Shown: one piece after another, positions 24,323-37,645 of the stretch | Layout of the letters: each line of letters opens with the position of its first letter | Position numbering within the stretch: position 1 is the first letter of the stretch | Source of the DNA: Felis catus | Lineage: Eukaryota | Assembly (NCBI RefSeq): GCF_018350175.1 | Contig: NC_058368.1 | Location: 2,046,001 to 2,110,000, forward strand | Length of the DNA: 64,000 bases | Direction of reading: 5' to 3' | The notes under the pieces: generated by a model | What the model was told of the DNA's origin: nothing | Databases searched by the model: none | What the model saw: only the letters and a program-made list of their open reading frames with translations | Position numbers and translations under genes: made by a program

Positions 24323-24344
24323 TCCTCATTTTTAAAAAATTTTT

Positions 24345-24492
24345 TCTAAGTTTTTAAATTCCAGTGTAGTTAACACACAGTGTTACATTAGTTTCAGGTA
24401 TACAATATAGCGTTTCCACAATTCTATATACATCACTCAGTGCTCAACGTGATAAGTGTACTCTTTAATCTCGGTCACCTATTTCACCCTTT
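24345..24492 (-). mobile_element. Carnivore L1 3'-end fragment
   Basis: TTCCAGTGTAGTTAACACACAGTGTTACATTAGTTTCAGGT...CACCTATTTCACCC. Confidence 0.7.
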
Positions 24493-24719
24493 TAGGTGGT
24501 TTCTGTCTGATAGCTCTTAATACTTCTAAACAGAATAGTTAACAAGAATTATGTTTAATTAAATAATCAACTAAGTAAGTACATCCACACAATTCATCGA
24601 CCTGAGAAGAGGAGAACACAAGTCCAGCTGAGCACGAGGCCTACCGCAGTGGCAATGTTTCAATGTGTAAATAATTAACATCCCATGTATATAGATGTAT
24701 GTGTGCGTCCTTACTCTAT

Positions 24720-24883
24720 ACCAGCTGTTGCCCTAAATTTGTGTACTATCTCATTTAATCCTCTAGACAACTGTGTTATGAACCCCATTTTCTGGAAGAG
24801 GATCCTAAAACACAGAGTCCCAGTGACTCGCCCAAGATCTCAGAGCTGGGATTCAAACCTTAGTAGATCTGGCTCCAAAGCTC
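24720..24883 (-). mobile_element. MIR fragment
   Basis: ATCTCATTTAATCCTC...CCCATTTT...GCCCAAGATC...GGGATTCAAACC MIR core motifs. Confidence 0.7.
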
Positions 24884-25430
24884 AAAAACACGGGTCTCAG
24901 GAAGTCTTGATTATAGTGTACTTACAAAGAAGGAAGCTGAAATCAAATAACTCCCTTATGCTTCATCTGAGGGAGGAGGAGCGGGCGTTCTAGAGGGAGG
25001 AACAAGAACTCAAAGGCACGCGTCTCCAGCAGCAGCCACTGCGAGCACAAGGGGCAATCCCCTCCCAGGCAGGGCCCCCGCGGTTGTGAGGCCAGGATGT
25101 TTTAGAGGTTCTCCCTGAGGCACCCGAGGAGGATGCCCCCAGACTACCTACCTGCCCCCCACCCCTTCCTCAGGCTTTGAATGCAAGAAACCTGAATGAT
25201 TATGGCTCAGCCTCTTTATGCCTTAGTGCCTGGAAAGCAGCATCCGGTCCTAAAAGGCCTACAAAACTGGAAGATGAGGCACACTGATTTAATTTGTTTT
25301 ATACCCAGGTATTTTGTTTCCTTGAGTAGTTTATAAATTCCACGGGAACGGGAACCATATTCTTCCCCTGAGACTACATACAAAGAATGTCTTAACAATT
25401 TGAATGTATTCAATGCACTTTACGGAATTA

Positions 25431-25655
25431 TTTTTTTTTTTTAGTTTTTTAATGTTTCTTTTTGAAGGAGAGAGAGAGAGAGAGAGACAGTGTGAGTGGA
25501 GGAGGAGCAGAGAGAGAGGGAGACCCAGAATCCGAAGCAGGCTCCAGGCTCTGAGCTGTCGGCACAGAGCCCGACGCAGGGCTCGAACCCACAAACTGTG
25601 AGATCATGACCTGACCCGAAGTCGGACGCTTAACCGACTGAGCCACCCAGGTGCT
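25431..25655 (-). mobile_element. CAN-SINE
   Basis: Full-length reverse copy; AATGCACTTTA is repeated on both flanks. Confidence 0.93.
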
Positions 25656-26559
25656 CTTGAATGCACTTTAATATCTCAAATACCAAAGTGTAAGTACCAC
25701 CTTTTCCTCCGAACCAAGGACTTTGGGTCAGCCAAGGAGATCTCTGGTTCGTTGTTGGTTGGATTGTTCCATTCTACAAACTTGTAGCAACTTCCAAAGA
25801 AAGGATTAACCATTTCAGCTCTGTTAGTTGGAGACTCTGTTTCAATGATGAACTCTTTTTTTTTTAACCTTTTTTGTAATTATGATAAAATATCCGTAAT
25901 GTAAAAGTCATCATTTTAACCAATTTTAAGTGTATTGTTCAGTGGCGTTATCTCCACGTCGTACAACTATCACCACCACCCATCTCCGGAACGTCATCGT
26001 CCCAAACTGAAGCTCTTACGCATTAAACAAGTCCCATTCCTCCTCTCCTTGTTTGTTTGGGTTGTTTTGAGGGATTTTTTTTTTTTTTTGCAGTTAATTG
26101 TTTCGCTTCTGTTGGGTGAGCAGCTCGTATTTTAACTCTGCTGTTGCGACCCCAGTCTCTAGTAACGTACCATACCTTACTCATTTTTTTGCTTTTAATC
26201 TGCTATTAGGTAAGGAAGATTACTTAGCTTATCAAACCTGTACGTACAGAAACAGCTGATAGAACTTATTCCTAGAAGTCTTCCTCTGCAGGGAGGAACG
26301 AGGGCTTTGTGATGGCTGTTTCAACTGCTAAAAGGCCATTTGCTTCTTCAGTTTCTGGACATTTCCCAAAGGGTTTATATTGTAGAAAGTCAGACTTCGA
26401 TACAAGTAGATTATTACTGTTTTTAAGAGAGTAATAGATTAGTAGGCAGTAGATGAATGACCAGTAATGTTTCATATCTTATCATTTTGTAGAAGCCTTT
26501 AATACAAACCTCCTTATTGGGTTCTACCACCAGGTTTCTTTTAAATTTTATTTTCTTTT

Positions 26560-26615
26560 TAAATTTTTTACTTTTTTTTTAATTAAAAAAGAGAGATAGT
26601 ATGGGGGGAGGGGCA

Positions 26616-26661
<46 letters not shown>

Positions 26662-26785
26662 CTCAAGCAGCCTCCATGCTCAGTGCAGAGCCCGATGTGG
26701 GAGTCAAACCCACGACCCTGGGATCGTGACCTGAGCCGAAATCAACAGTCAGACACACTCAACCAACTGAGCCACCCGAGTGCTC
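26560..26785 (-). mobile_element. CAN-SINE with expanded (GA)n
   Basis: Reverse SINE head and a long GA dinucleotide run. Confidence 0.88.
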
Positions 26786-28774
26786 TGGTTTCTTCCAAAT
26801 TAAAAAAATAATAATAATTTTGGTAAAATACATCTAACTTACCATCTTCACCACTTTTTTAGTGTATAAGCTTTTATGTTTCACAATAATGAAAACAGTT
26901 CTGATACCAGAGGGGGAAATCCCCAGTATTAAGTTTTCATTTTGCATTCTTATGTGTGTTTTCGAATATTAAAACATCTTCTCTGATTTTAGCTTATTTC
27001 TAATTGCTTTCACCATTTTCGAAAACAGGACCTCCTGGAAAACTTGATGAAACTCACTAGGGCATCTTTAGGGGAAGGCCCAGGGTCCCAGCAAGGCTCC
27101 CAGGGTGGCCCCCTGGCCAGTGTCCACAGACCTGCCTTTCCAGCCCTCCAACACCACCGAGCACAGCTTCATTCTCCGCATAGCAGCCGCTCTGCTGCTC
27201 AGATGAGTAATGAAGTATGCGATTGCATAAGTCAGGATTGCTCAAGACTTTAAGAAGATTTGTTCCCAGAAGACCTCAAAGAAACACTGTCAAGATAAAA
27301 ATCACATTCTGCATTTAGAGAATTCTTATGTTGACACTTCACATTATTAAGAGACGAGTTGCTAAAACAAATTTTCTTTTCTTACCACATCCCCCGTTAG
27401 CTTACTTTTCATGCCGAGTGAGCTATGACAGCAACACCAGCTATTTATTATTTCTCATTACGTGTAGAGTTGGCTGCGATTTCTATTTTCTCTGCAGACA
27501 CGAGCAGTACGTTGTTGTGTCTGTAACTGAAATACAAATCCCACTGACAAGGTCTATATGCTCCGATATGTTCTAAAACCTTCCATTCAAATTTTTAATT
27601 TAATCTTTTGCAGTGAACCTTGGCAAAATTTGCTTTAGGAAGAACTAAAAGTGTGAGGCTCAAAACTCTGATCTCCACAAAATCAATTTCCGTAACGAAA
27701 TTAACATTCTCAAAGGGAAACATCTGAGCCAATCTACATTGACAATAACTATTTAATTGGGTAATTGTAAAAGAAACATTTTCATGGTCTATTTTTAACT
27801 TTAAAATTAACTACTAAATGTCATCTTGGTTGTTATTGAACAGTTGCTTTTAAGACCATGCATTTTGTTTCATTAATCAGATCTGAAAAAACAAAACAAA
27901 ACAATTGAGTGTGTTATCTTCAGATGCTTGATAAATGGGTTTTGATAGTAAAAACCACGATGAGATGATGATAGGCAATTTCACATGCAGAAGTGGAAGG
28001 AGGCCAGTGACGGAGAGGCGGCCAAATTTCAAAGAGCAAAGGGAAATCTGTAAAAGTCTGGAAGCACTCGTGCAGATTGTATTCGATAGCTGGTAACCCC
28101 AGGACAAAAAGAGTTTCTTGGCTTGGGGTCGAAACTTGAAAAATGTCCCAGAGCTAATACCCTTCAGGAAGAGGTGAGAGAAAGAATTAAAGTTTGAGGT
28201 AAAGATACTTGGAAGGGGAGAAGGGCGGCAGCAAAGTCATGGGAAAGTCTGGTATTCCAGGCATGCGGAGAATGGATAGAATGAAGAGAGTAGGGAGAAT
28301 GTTAGAGAAATAGGGCCATGAAGTAAACAGAGAAGTGGAGAAGACCAGATGGCATCGCTCTGTCAAATTAATACCTGGGTGGGAGAGACGAGCTGAAAGA
28401 ATATTGGTGTGATATCACGGGAGGTGAGAGAAAGCTAAACTGAGCTCAGGTAGAGGGAGGGGAAGAGAGGATAACGCTCTGGTGGAAATTATCACGGTTC
28501 CCAGGGTTCCCACAATGAAAGAACAGAGCAAGGTTTATGTCTACACCAAAAGGTAACCTTAAAGAAAAGAGGAGATCTTGAGTTTGCCTACCATTTCTCT
28601 CTGGTGTTTTGCCTAAAGAGGAATTTTGGGGGTGTTCATGGGTAACAGAAGTTACAGTTTGCATTTCAAAGTCCCACATACTCGTTTCCACACTTCCAAG
28701 CAATGCTGGACATTTCCACGTATGTGTCTTGACAACCTTTCAAAGTCAAAATGGTCTCAAATGGAACACGTATA

Positions 28775-30060
28775 TTCATTCAAATATTTATTGAGCATTT
28801 ACAACATGCTAGGCTTGTCACCCTCTCCAACAAGTACCTAATTTGTTCAACGTTGGGGTTGGGTTCAACACTGGGTGCCCAGATGTACTAGGCACCTGGG
28901 ACAAAATACTGAAAATGGGCATTATCACGGAGCTTGCAAGTCTAGCCGGAGAGGTAGATAACAATCAGGTCCACGCTATAAACAAATGGAAAGTGTGGAT
29001 TCTGGTTTGTACTATAAAAAGACACAAGTGTCCGTGAGATTTTATAAAAGAGGGGATGTGACCTGGTCTAAGAAATCAAGAAGCACTTTAGCTGAGATGT
29101 AAAAGATGCAAAGAAATTAACAAGATGGAAAGCATTCCAAGAGAGACAACTGCCCATGCAAAGGCCCTGTGGGGGAAAGATCGGCACACACCACTTCGAA
29201 CATTAAAGAGAGGCCATTGTTATCGGAATGCAGGAGTAGGGGGTGGGGGTGAAGACAGAGAGGTGGGCAGAGGTCAGGCTACATCGGGTCTTGCAGGTCG
29301 TTTTAAGGAATTTAGTTTTTATACTCAGAACAATGGGGAGTCATGAAAGGGTCGTAATGACCTGATGGAATGACATGATCTGACGAGTTTCCAAAAGTTC
29401 ATTCTGGCTGCTAAGTGAAAGGATGAGTGGGAGCTGAGAGAAAGGAGGCAAAACTAGTTGAGGTGAGAAGTGATACAGCTTCGTGTAGCAACGGACATGG
29501 AAAAGAGTAGATGAAATGGAGAAAGGTCGACAGGATGAGCCGAGAAGGGAGTGGCTCCGAGGTTTCCAACTTCCAAAACTGGGGGGCCATAGTGTCCATC
29601 CAATGGACTGAGATCAGGGCTTTGGTGTTGGAGCCATCCTTTGAGGTGGAGTGAAGTGAATGGAGGTGTTAGGAAGGCTTTGTAACTCAGGAGAAATCTG
29701 ATCAGGAGGTCCAAACTGGTGAGTTTCTTGCGCGTACTGCGGGTGGCCCCTAAAGCTCAAGGTGTACAAGAATTTGCCCCCGGGGACCGTGTAGAGGGAG
29801 AGGGGAAGGAGACTCGACCGTTGAGGAAATGCAACATTTCACGGTGATGCAGAGCAGGGTCAGCCTGTGCGGGGAAATAGACAAGCTGCCAGAGGGCCGG
29901 AAGTAGACGTGGTTTCACAGAAACAAAGGGAAGGAGGGATCAACAAAGATATAAGCTACTCGGAAGGGAGGTAAAATGAGAAGTGAAAAATGTCCATTGG
30001 CCTTAAAGACCCAGCAGTCATTGGAAGCTTAGCAGAGAGCTCTGCTGGGAGGCTGATAAG
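28775..30060 (-). mobile_element. L2 remnants
   Basis: TTCATTCAAATATTTATTGAGC (reverse L2 3' end) followed by purine-rich L2-like body motifs such as GCAAAGGCCCTGTGG and CAATGGGGAGTCATGAAAGG. Confidence 0.65.
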
Positions 30061-30719
30061 GGAAGATGTTAGATGGGAGGACTTCCCGTCGAGTGAGGCA
30101 GCAAAGACCAAAGCAGATTCTGGGACAGGCAGTTGGAAAGGTGAGGAAGTGAAAGTCGTTGGAGGACAAGGAACGTTGGGGCGGGGGCGGGGCTCGTTTT
30201 CAATGGGCGAAGTCTGCTGCTGTAATAGGTTAGCACACAATTAGTGACTTGAGGAAGCACAGGGTTATTACCTTCCCACCTGGCGGGTCAGAAGAGAAGG
30301 CCCGCAGCACAGGGGCAGGATGGGCTAGGAGACCCCAGCGTGTCCATTCCCTCTCCTTTGTAGGCCAGCACCTGGGCCCACATGGGCCCCCCTACTTTCA
30401 GTTTCTTCTGTCTCCCACCCATTCTTCGCAGCCCGAAGCCACATTAGTTTTCCTAACACACAGCCTACTCAGAAACCTCTAGGGGCTCCCCGCTGCCTAC
30501 CGAACAAGGCCTAGACTCTCTGATAATCGACGCCCTCCGCGATGAAGTGGAAAAAGGTCCTTCCAGGCTTCTCTTGCACTCTTGGACTCTGTGTGTGCAT
30601 GTAGGTGTGCCCTAGACCTCCTGCTTGGAATCTGGCTCCACATCGTGTCTTGCCAAGTCTCGCCAAGCTTGGCTGTCTTCTCCCCAGTTTCTCTCCTGGT
30701 TGAAATCCGACCCCCATAT

Positions 30720-31256
30720 GGGAGGTAGCGGAATGCCCCCCCCCCCAAGATGGCCACACCATAATGCCTGGAGCCCGAGAATGTGTCACCCCACATGGTG
30801 GAAGGGACAGCGCAGATGTGATTAAAGTTACAGATATTGAGATGAGGAGATTATTTTGTATTATTCAGGTGGGGCCCAGGGTAATTAAAAGGGTCCTAAG
30901 AAGTGGAAGAAGGCAGATGGGAAGGATTTGACCTGCAGCTGGCTTTGGAGACAGAGGAAGGGCCACAATCCAAGGAATGCAGTGGCCTCTAGAAGCTTTG
31001 CAAAGCCTCTGATTTACAGCCAGCAAGAAAACAGGAACCTCAGTCCCACAACTGGAAAGAACTGAATTCCACTAACAGCCCAAGTGGATGGGAAACAGAC
31101 TCCCCCACCTAGTCCCCAGGAAAGAACTCAGCCCTGATAATGCCTTGGTGTTTGCCATCGAGATCCGTGCCGGCCTCCAGAACCACACAAGACATTTGTG
31201 TTGCTTTAAGCCACTAAGTTTGTGGAATTCGTGGGCAGCAATAGGAAAGTGCCACA
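30720..31256 (+). mobile_element. MaLR solo LTR (MLT1 family, MLT1E-like)
   Basis: GCAGATGTGATTAAAG...AGGAATGCAGTGGCCTCTAGAAGC...TTTAAGCCACTAAGTTTGTGG...GCAGCAATAGGAAA. Confidence 0.85.
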
Positions 31257-31920
31257 GTCTCCTTCGTGGGGTTTCTCCTTCATTAGACACAGTTTCTGAT
31301 TCAGTGTCTCCGAGAAGCTCTCCTTGACCATTGAAGCAAGAAGTGACCACTTTCCTTTCTTTTCATCTCCCAGCAGCACTGTGTGGGACTTCTCTCTTGG
31401 TGAGAAATGGTCTGGCATCCTGGGTATTTGCAGACGGGTCCTAATTCTCCTGTTAGACTTCTAGCTCCTCGAGGTGAGTGGGTTTAGGTGTGTATAAGGA
31501 GCTGCCACAGTGTGTAGCCACTTGCCCAGTTCATAGGAGCTGCTCAACCATTGCGTTCGCTTTCTTTTGCTTTGTTTTTACGTAATCACTAAACAAATGG
31601 AAACCCTATAAAGGTGGCAGAAGAAAAGTAACCGTAGTAAGTGTACCCTTTCTCTTCTCTTTTCCCTTACGTTAAATATTATTATCCTAACTCGGAAATC
31701 GAAGGCCTTTCCTTTACTATCATCAGTGGCCCCAAAACCATTTGGATATTTAGTTCACAGAAAATATTACTCCCATCACATAATTAATTGCGATTAGTTC
31801 TATTTCATGCCTTTCCTCAGAAGCAGACCTTGGAACTTTAGGGAGTTAATAATAAATAAGAATGGATAAAGAGACATGTTTACCTGTAAATGGTTGCTGA
31901 CAGCCAAAGTATTCTGTTTC

Positions 31921-32042
31921 TTTTTTTTTTTCTTTTCTTTCTTTTTTTTTTTAAGTGGGCTCCACACCCAACTGGGGCTGGAACTCATGACCCTGAGATC
32001 AAGAGTCGCGTGCTCTACTGACTAAGCCAGTCAGGCACCCCC
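31921..32042 (-). mobile_element. Short CAN-SINE
   Basis: Reverse head plus T-tail; near-perfect TSD GTATTCTGTTTCTT / GTATTATGTTTCTT. Confidence 0.85.
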
Positions 32043-33334
32043 CGAGGTATTATGTTTCTTAATATTGCTGATTATAATCAGTTACATTCACACCAAACAG
32101 GATTTGGCTTCCTTATGAAGAACTAAGTCTGCATTTTAATGTTTCTTTTCCAGGGTGGAATTATGAGGGAGGAAACAGTACAATGGTGAATATAAATTAT
32201 ATTTAAACTTAGAAAGAGAAAACTGTGTTAAAAAAAAAAGTTCCCCCAGATCAAGTGACATGTTCATATCCACCTATACTGAACAAATGCCACGATGCAA
32301 CTAGCAAGATGGATAGAACATTTACACACTACTAAAAATCCCAAGATATGAAGCTACAATGTTCAAAGAATCACTGCGAAAGCATAAAGCAAGATTCAGA
32401 TATTAGAGACGATTGCTCCCTTGACAATGGATACATGAATTTCACAGATCCCAGAACTAGAAACCTAAGAAGTCAAGAGGAAAGGCAAATATTATCTGAA
32501 CAGCTGAAACCACTAAAAAATCACAACTCAGAGCTGAACTAACAGATTTTTACACTGAGAGGTCAGAATGATAGATTTTGTTTTTACCAGGCTCTTGCTG
32601 GATTTTAAGCTTCCACGATACCCTCCCAGTATGCCCTTATTTAGCAGATAGTATACTATATATGAGTTGAAGATCTCTCTAGCGAGCGTGCAACTACGCA
32701 AATACTGAACGTAGCTAGCTACAGAAATCTAGAGAAATTGTAGATAAAATCTGGCTGGGAAGGAAAGAAGTGGCAGGAAAACAGAGGGAGAAGCCAGAAG
32801 GCCAACTGGACCAGAAACTCAGAGAAAGAGCCCTCCGAAGGCAGAGCAGGTGGGGAGGAAAGGCTGAGCTCCCAGCAGGAAAATAAAGAGCATTGGTGCT
32901 CCTGCGACAGACAGGGCTATTGGACTATGGGTCCACCCTGTTACTGTAAAATTGTTCTTGATAGATTTCTCAATTTTCTCCTCCAGACTAAGTTTTAATT
33001 ACAAAGTGCAATAGAAATACTATAGGATCACATAGGTGCCCGAGCCCAAGTCCTTTTTTTGAGTGGGACCTAAAAGGAAGTCAAAAGAGGGGAGATCCTT
33101 TGAGGTCCTCATGGAAAGCAACCAACGCTATGTCACCACGTCCCCAGGACAGTGCTTGTCCCAGGTGTGGTCACCTTAGGAAGCCATGTCTGAGCCCCTT
33201 CTCATGCTGCATTTCCTCTGCAACTGATAACCACTGAGTATTTGTCTTTTAAAGGGAACTCAGGGGGTGAAAAGCCTTTAAGATTCAGGGCCGAATCTCT
33301 TCAAGTGGAATCTCAGGGATTAGAAATACTTTGT

Positions 33335-33660
33335 CATTCATTCATTTATCACACATATATTGAATTCCAGGCCCGGCGTTGGGCATGGAGATCATAATGG
33401 TGAACAAACTCAGACAGGACCCCATCATCATAGAAGTTACAGCCGAGGAGGAGGAGGGGGGCATAAATCAATCATCATCAAAACAAATGCATGGTCAAAA
33501 CAGTATTAAGTGTCACATAATCTAATTCCTCTTACCTACTGGGCACGGGTGGCAGTCAGGGCTGCCCTTCCTGAAGGAATGACATCAGAGAGCTAAAGGG
33601 TGAGTGGGAGGTAACCAGGCAGAGGGCAGAGGCAGAGGTAGGGGTTGGGGGGGGGTACTG
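33335..33660 (-). mobile_element. L2 3' fragment
   Basis: CATTCATTCATTTA...GGTGAACAAACTCAGACAGGACCCC. Confidence 0.6.
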
Positions 33661-34317
33661 TGCTAACAAATGCCTTGTGAAGATTGTAGCCAGTCTGCTG
33701 TTGCTGCAAGGACCCTCATTGTTTTCACCAAACCAACCACCTCTTGGTGATGCTGATAGGAGTGATTTTGGGGCCACCCAAGTTTCTTGGAGGGGCTGAA
33801 GGAGATGTGGGTGACCTAAACCCTTCTTCTGTCCCCCTCACCACTAGGCAGAGGGCACTGCCAGGGCAACCTCTTCATCAGGCCCAGAAAAAAGTTTTAA
33901 TTTTAACTTCTTTTAAAATCGGGGAAAAAACGTGAATGTAATAATAGATCTAGCCTAGATTATATTTGCCTTTATACACAGTCATAAATACCCTTTTAAT
34001 TGTTATGGAGGAAGAGGCCACACCACAGCCCTGGGACGGGCCTGTGGCAGGAGTATGAGGGGGAAGTTGAAAGGAGAAGTTTGGAGGGCAGGCAGGGCCA
34101 GACTCCTGGGAAGTGTAAGGATGTGGGACTGTATCTACCCCAAAGCAATGGGCAGTCACTGAGGAGATCTGAGCTGAGGACTGACATGATTGTAAAATGA
34201 TCACTCTGGCCACCGCGTGGCAAGCAGCTGGCGGGGCCCGTCGGGAAGGAGCTTAAGCCATCACCGGGCTCGCAGAGGTGAGAGATGATGGTGCTTCCTC
34301 AGAGCAGGGCTGCAGGG

Positions 34318-35067
34318 CTTTGCTGAGGCTGCCTAACAAAGTACCACCTACCACAAACCGGGCGGCTTAATAAACGGCAAGAATGTATTGTCATGGTTGG
34401 TCAGGAAGGGTAGAAATCTGAGATCGACAGGTCAATGGAGTCGGTTCCTAGTGAGGGCCGTGAGGGGGGATGTGTTCCAGGCCTCTCCAGGAGCTTCTGG
34501 AATCTTCAGGCATTCCTTAGCTTGTCGGTGGTCATTTTCTCCCTGTGTCTTCACACGGTCTTCCTCTGTATGTGACTGTGTTCAAATTCCCCCTTTTTAT
34601 AAGGACATATAATCATACTGGGTTAAGGTCCAACCTGATCACCTCACTTCAAATCGGGTCATGATCTCACAGTCATGGGATTGAGCCCCATGTTGGGCCC
34701 TGCACTGAGTGTGGAGCCTGCTTCGGATTCCCTGTCTCCCTCGCTCTCTGCCCCTCCCCCACTCATTCTCTCTCCCTCTCTCTCTCTCACCCCAAAATAA
34801 ATAAACTTAAAACACAACTGTAGTTTTGATGTCCACGTTTTAATTCCTGATACTGGTAGCTTTGTGTTCTTTCTTTTCTCTTGATCCGTCTGGCAGAGGT
34901 TTATCAATTTTATCGATCTTTTCAAAGAACGAATTAACTTTTCGTTGATTTTCTCTATATCTTAACCACTACAAAGACTCTATCTCTGAATAAGGTCACA
35001 CAGTGGAGGTACTGGGGGTTAGGACTCCAACGTTTGAAATTTGGAGGGACACAACTCAACCCATAAC
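34318..35067 (-). mobile_element. MaLR LTR (MLT1C/D-like) interrupted by a SINE+L1 insert at ~34652-34958
   Basis: AACAAAGTACCAC...GGCTTAA; TTATAAGGACA; AATAAGGTCACA...GGTACTGGGGGTTAGGACT...ACAACTCAACCCATAACA. Confidence 0.8.
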
Positions 35068-35069
35068 AA

Positions 35070-36208
35070 AGCCAGCAAACCGTGGTCCATGGGCCAAATC
35101 TAAGGCACTGCCTGTTTGTTTTGGTTTTTTTTTTATGTGTATAATTTATTGTCTAATTGGCTTCCATACAACCCCAGTGCTCATCCCAACAAGTGCCCTC
35201 CTCAATGCCTATCACCCACTTTCCCCTCTCCCCCACCCCCCATCCACCCTTAGTTTGTTCTCTGTATTTAAGAGTCTCCTGTGGTTTACCTCCCTCCCTC
35301 TCTGTATCTATTTTTTTTCCTCTTCCCTTCCCCCATGGTCTTCTGTTAAGTTTCTCAAGATCCACATATGAATGAAAACATATGATATCTGTCCTCTGAC
35401 TTATTTCACTTTGCATAATACCCTCCAGTTCCATCCACGTTGCTGCAAATGGCCAGGCTTCATTCTTTTTCATTGCCAAGTAGTATTCCATTGTATATGT
35501 AAACCACATCTTCTTTATCCATTCACCAGTTGATGGACATTTAGGCTCTCTCCGTAATTTGGCTATTGTTGAAAGTGCTGCTATAAACATTGGGGAACAA
35601 GTGCCCCTATGCATAGCACTCCTGTATCCCCTGGGTCAATTCCTAGCAGTGCTATTGCTGGGTCATAGGGTAGATCTATTTGTAATTTTTTGAGGAACCT
35701 CCACACTGTTTTCCAGAGCACCTGCACCAGTTCGCATTCCCACCAACAGTGCGAGAGGGTTCCCGTTTCTCCACCTCCTCGCCAGCATCTGTCGTTTCCT
35801 GACTTGTTCATTTTAGCCGCTCTGACCGGTGTGAGGTGCTATCCCAGTGTGGCTTTGATTTGTATTTCCCTGATGAGGAGTGATGGTGAGCATCTTTTCA
35901 CGTGTCTGTTATGCCACTGCCTGTTTTTATGTGGCCCCTGAGCTAAGTGGTGTTTATATTTTTAAATAGGGGGGAGGCCAGAAAAAGAATAATATTTCAT
36001 GATTCATGAATATTTCATGAATCCGTATGTCAGTGTCCACGAATAAAGCTTTATTGGGACGCGACCACACTCATGCAATCATGTGCTGCCACCTGTAGCT
36101 GCTTTTGCCCTATACGAGACTTGAGGAGTTATGGTGGACACCATATGGCTTGTAAAGCCTACATATTTGCTCTCTGGCTTATTTCAGGAAAAGGTTGCCA
36201 ACCCTCAC
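35070..36208. mobile_element. MER58-like hAT-Charlie DNA transposon remnant split by an L1 insertion
   Basis: Left end CAGCAAAC...TGGGCCAAATC...CACTGCCTGTTT; right part AATAAAGCTTTATTGG...AAAGCCTACATATTTGCTCTCTGG...AAAAGGTTGCCAACCC. Confidence 0.75.
35118..35912 (-). mobile_element. 5'-truncated felid L1 3' end
   Basis: ORFs 35581..35811 and 35153..35614 give a frameshifted ORF2 C-terminus; TSD CACTGCCTGTTT at 35106-35117 and 35915-35926. Confidence 0.93.
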
Positions 36209-37424
36209 CCCGGAGCCGCAGCAGTGGGCATGAAAAATTGGTTGGCTGATGGGGCTGCTGAGGAGGCAAGACTGACACAACTTGGCATTGGGTTACACGG
36301 GCGTTGGCAGGGAGGGGGATCAACGACTCCTGCTTTCCTGGTACCTCCCCCAGAGATCGCCACAGAGTCCGGGATACGCAAACGCCTCCGCAAACCAACA
36401 AGGTGAGTAAAATGACCCTGTGCTTGGACCCTCATAAGAAAGAACGAACACCGGGGCCTTATGGGGGGGTGGGGGAGGGTGGCGTGCCTCGCCTAAACGT
36501 ACGCAGTCAATTTTTGTGAAGACGATGCTGGTGAAACAACACACATCTGGAAACCAAATGCAGGCCGATTTACTAGTTCATGGCTCCCACTTACAAGGCT
36601 GATGCGCCGAGTCCAGTGGGGCCCGTGGGGAGAAAGGTGGGGCCTCGCATCCATCAAATCCCACAGCCCCCTGTCCACCTCGGGGTCTAAGCCACACCGC
36701 GTGTGCCCCACCTTTTGTCTCTCCTGCAGGCCCTGGGCACCCAGCCTCGGAGCTCCTTTGTTCCCTCGGCCTCTCCCCCTCCCTCCCCCCTGCACCCTGG
36801 CCCGTGTGGAGCCCTCCTCGCCCGTCAAGAGCTCTCCTCCAGGCTGGTTCTTGCCTGTGTAAGAGGAGCACGGCAGGCAGGTGCAGGTGTGTGAGAAGAC
36901 TGGAGGTGAAGACCGAGGCCACAAGACCAGGATGTGGTTCGGATGGAAGTGGGTTGTTTCCCAACAGCCCCCCCTGCACCTCTGCCGGCCTGTTAGCACG
37001 TCCCCTCCGGCCTGCGATGGGACCCAGGCCGGACCCAGACAGACTCTGGGGAACCGATGCCCGAGCGCAGCTCTGAGATGCTCCACCAGCCAGAACCTGC
37101 CCCCAGACTTCTCTCTGAGTCTTGTCCCCTGGATGTGCTTTTGAGATTCCGGGAAGAGAAAGCTATGAATGAATAGAGGCGGGGAGGAAGGAGAGACCTT
37201 ACCCTGCCACTGTCAACTGAGCCACGACGGGGATTGTGTCAGTCTTCGTTGGTCCTTAGCACCTAGAACACGGCTGGCACAGAAGAGGTGAGGCATGAAT
37301 ATTGTCGAACGATTTCGGGTAATTGTGTCGTGTGTCTATTTTCCAAATGGTTCTGATCCTTAGTGCTTTTCTCTACTCGTTGCTTTGAAAGCTTCCATCA
37401 CCCTGATTTAAAAGAGCTCCCCAT

Positions 37425-37645
37425 GGGGCGCCTGGGTGGCGCAGTCGGTTGGGCGTCCGACTTCAGCCAGGTCACGATCTCGCGGTCCATGAGTTCGAGC
37501 CCCGCGTCAGGCTCTGGGCTGATGGCTCAGAGCCTGGAGCCTGTTTCAGATTCTGTGTCTCCCTCTCTCTCTGCCCTTCCCCCGTTCATGCTCTGTCTCT
37601 CTCTGTCCCAAAAATAAATAAACGTTGAAAAAAAAAAATTAAAAA
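37425..37645 (+). mobile_element. Young felid CAN-SINE
   Basis: Full-length copy; 15-bp TSD AAAAGA(G/C)CTCCCCAT (37410-37424, 37646-37660). Confidence 0.95.
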
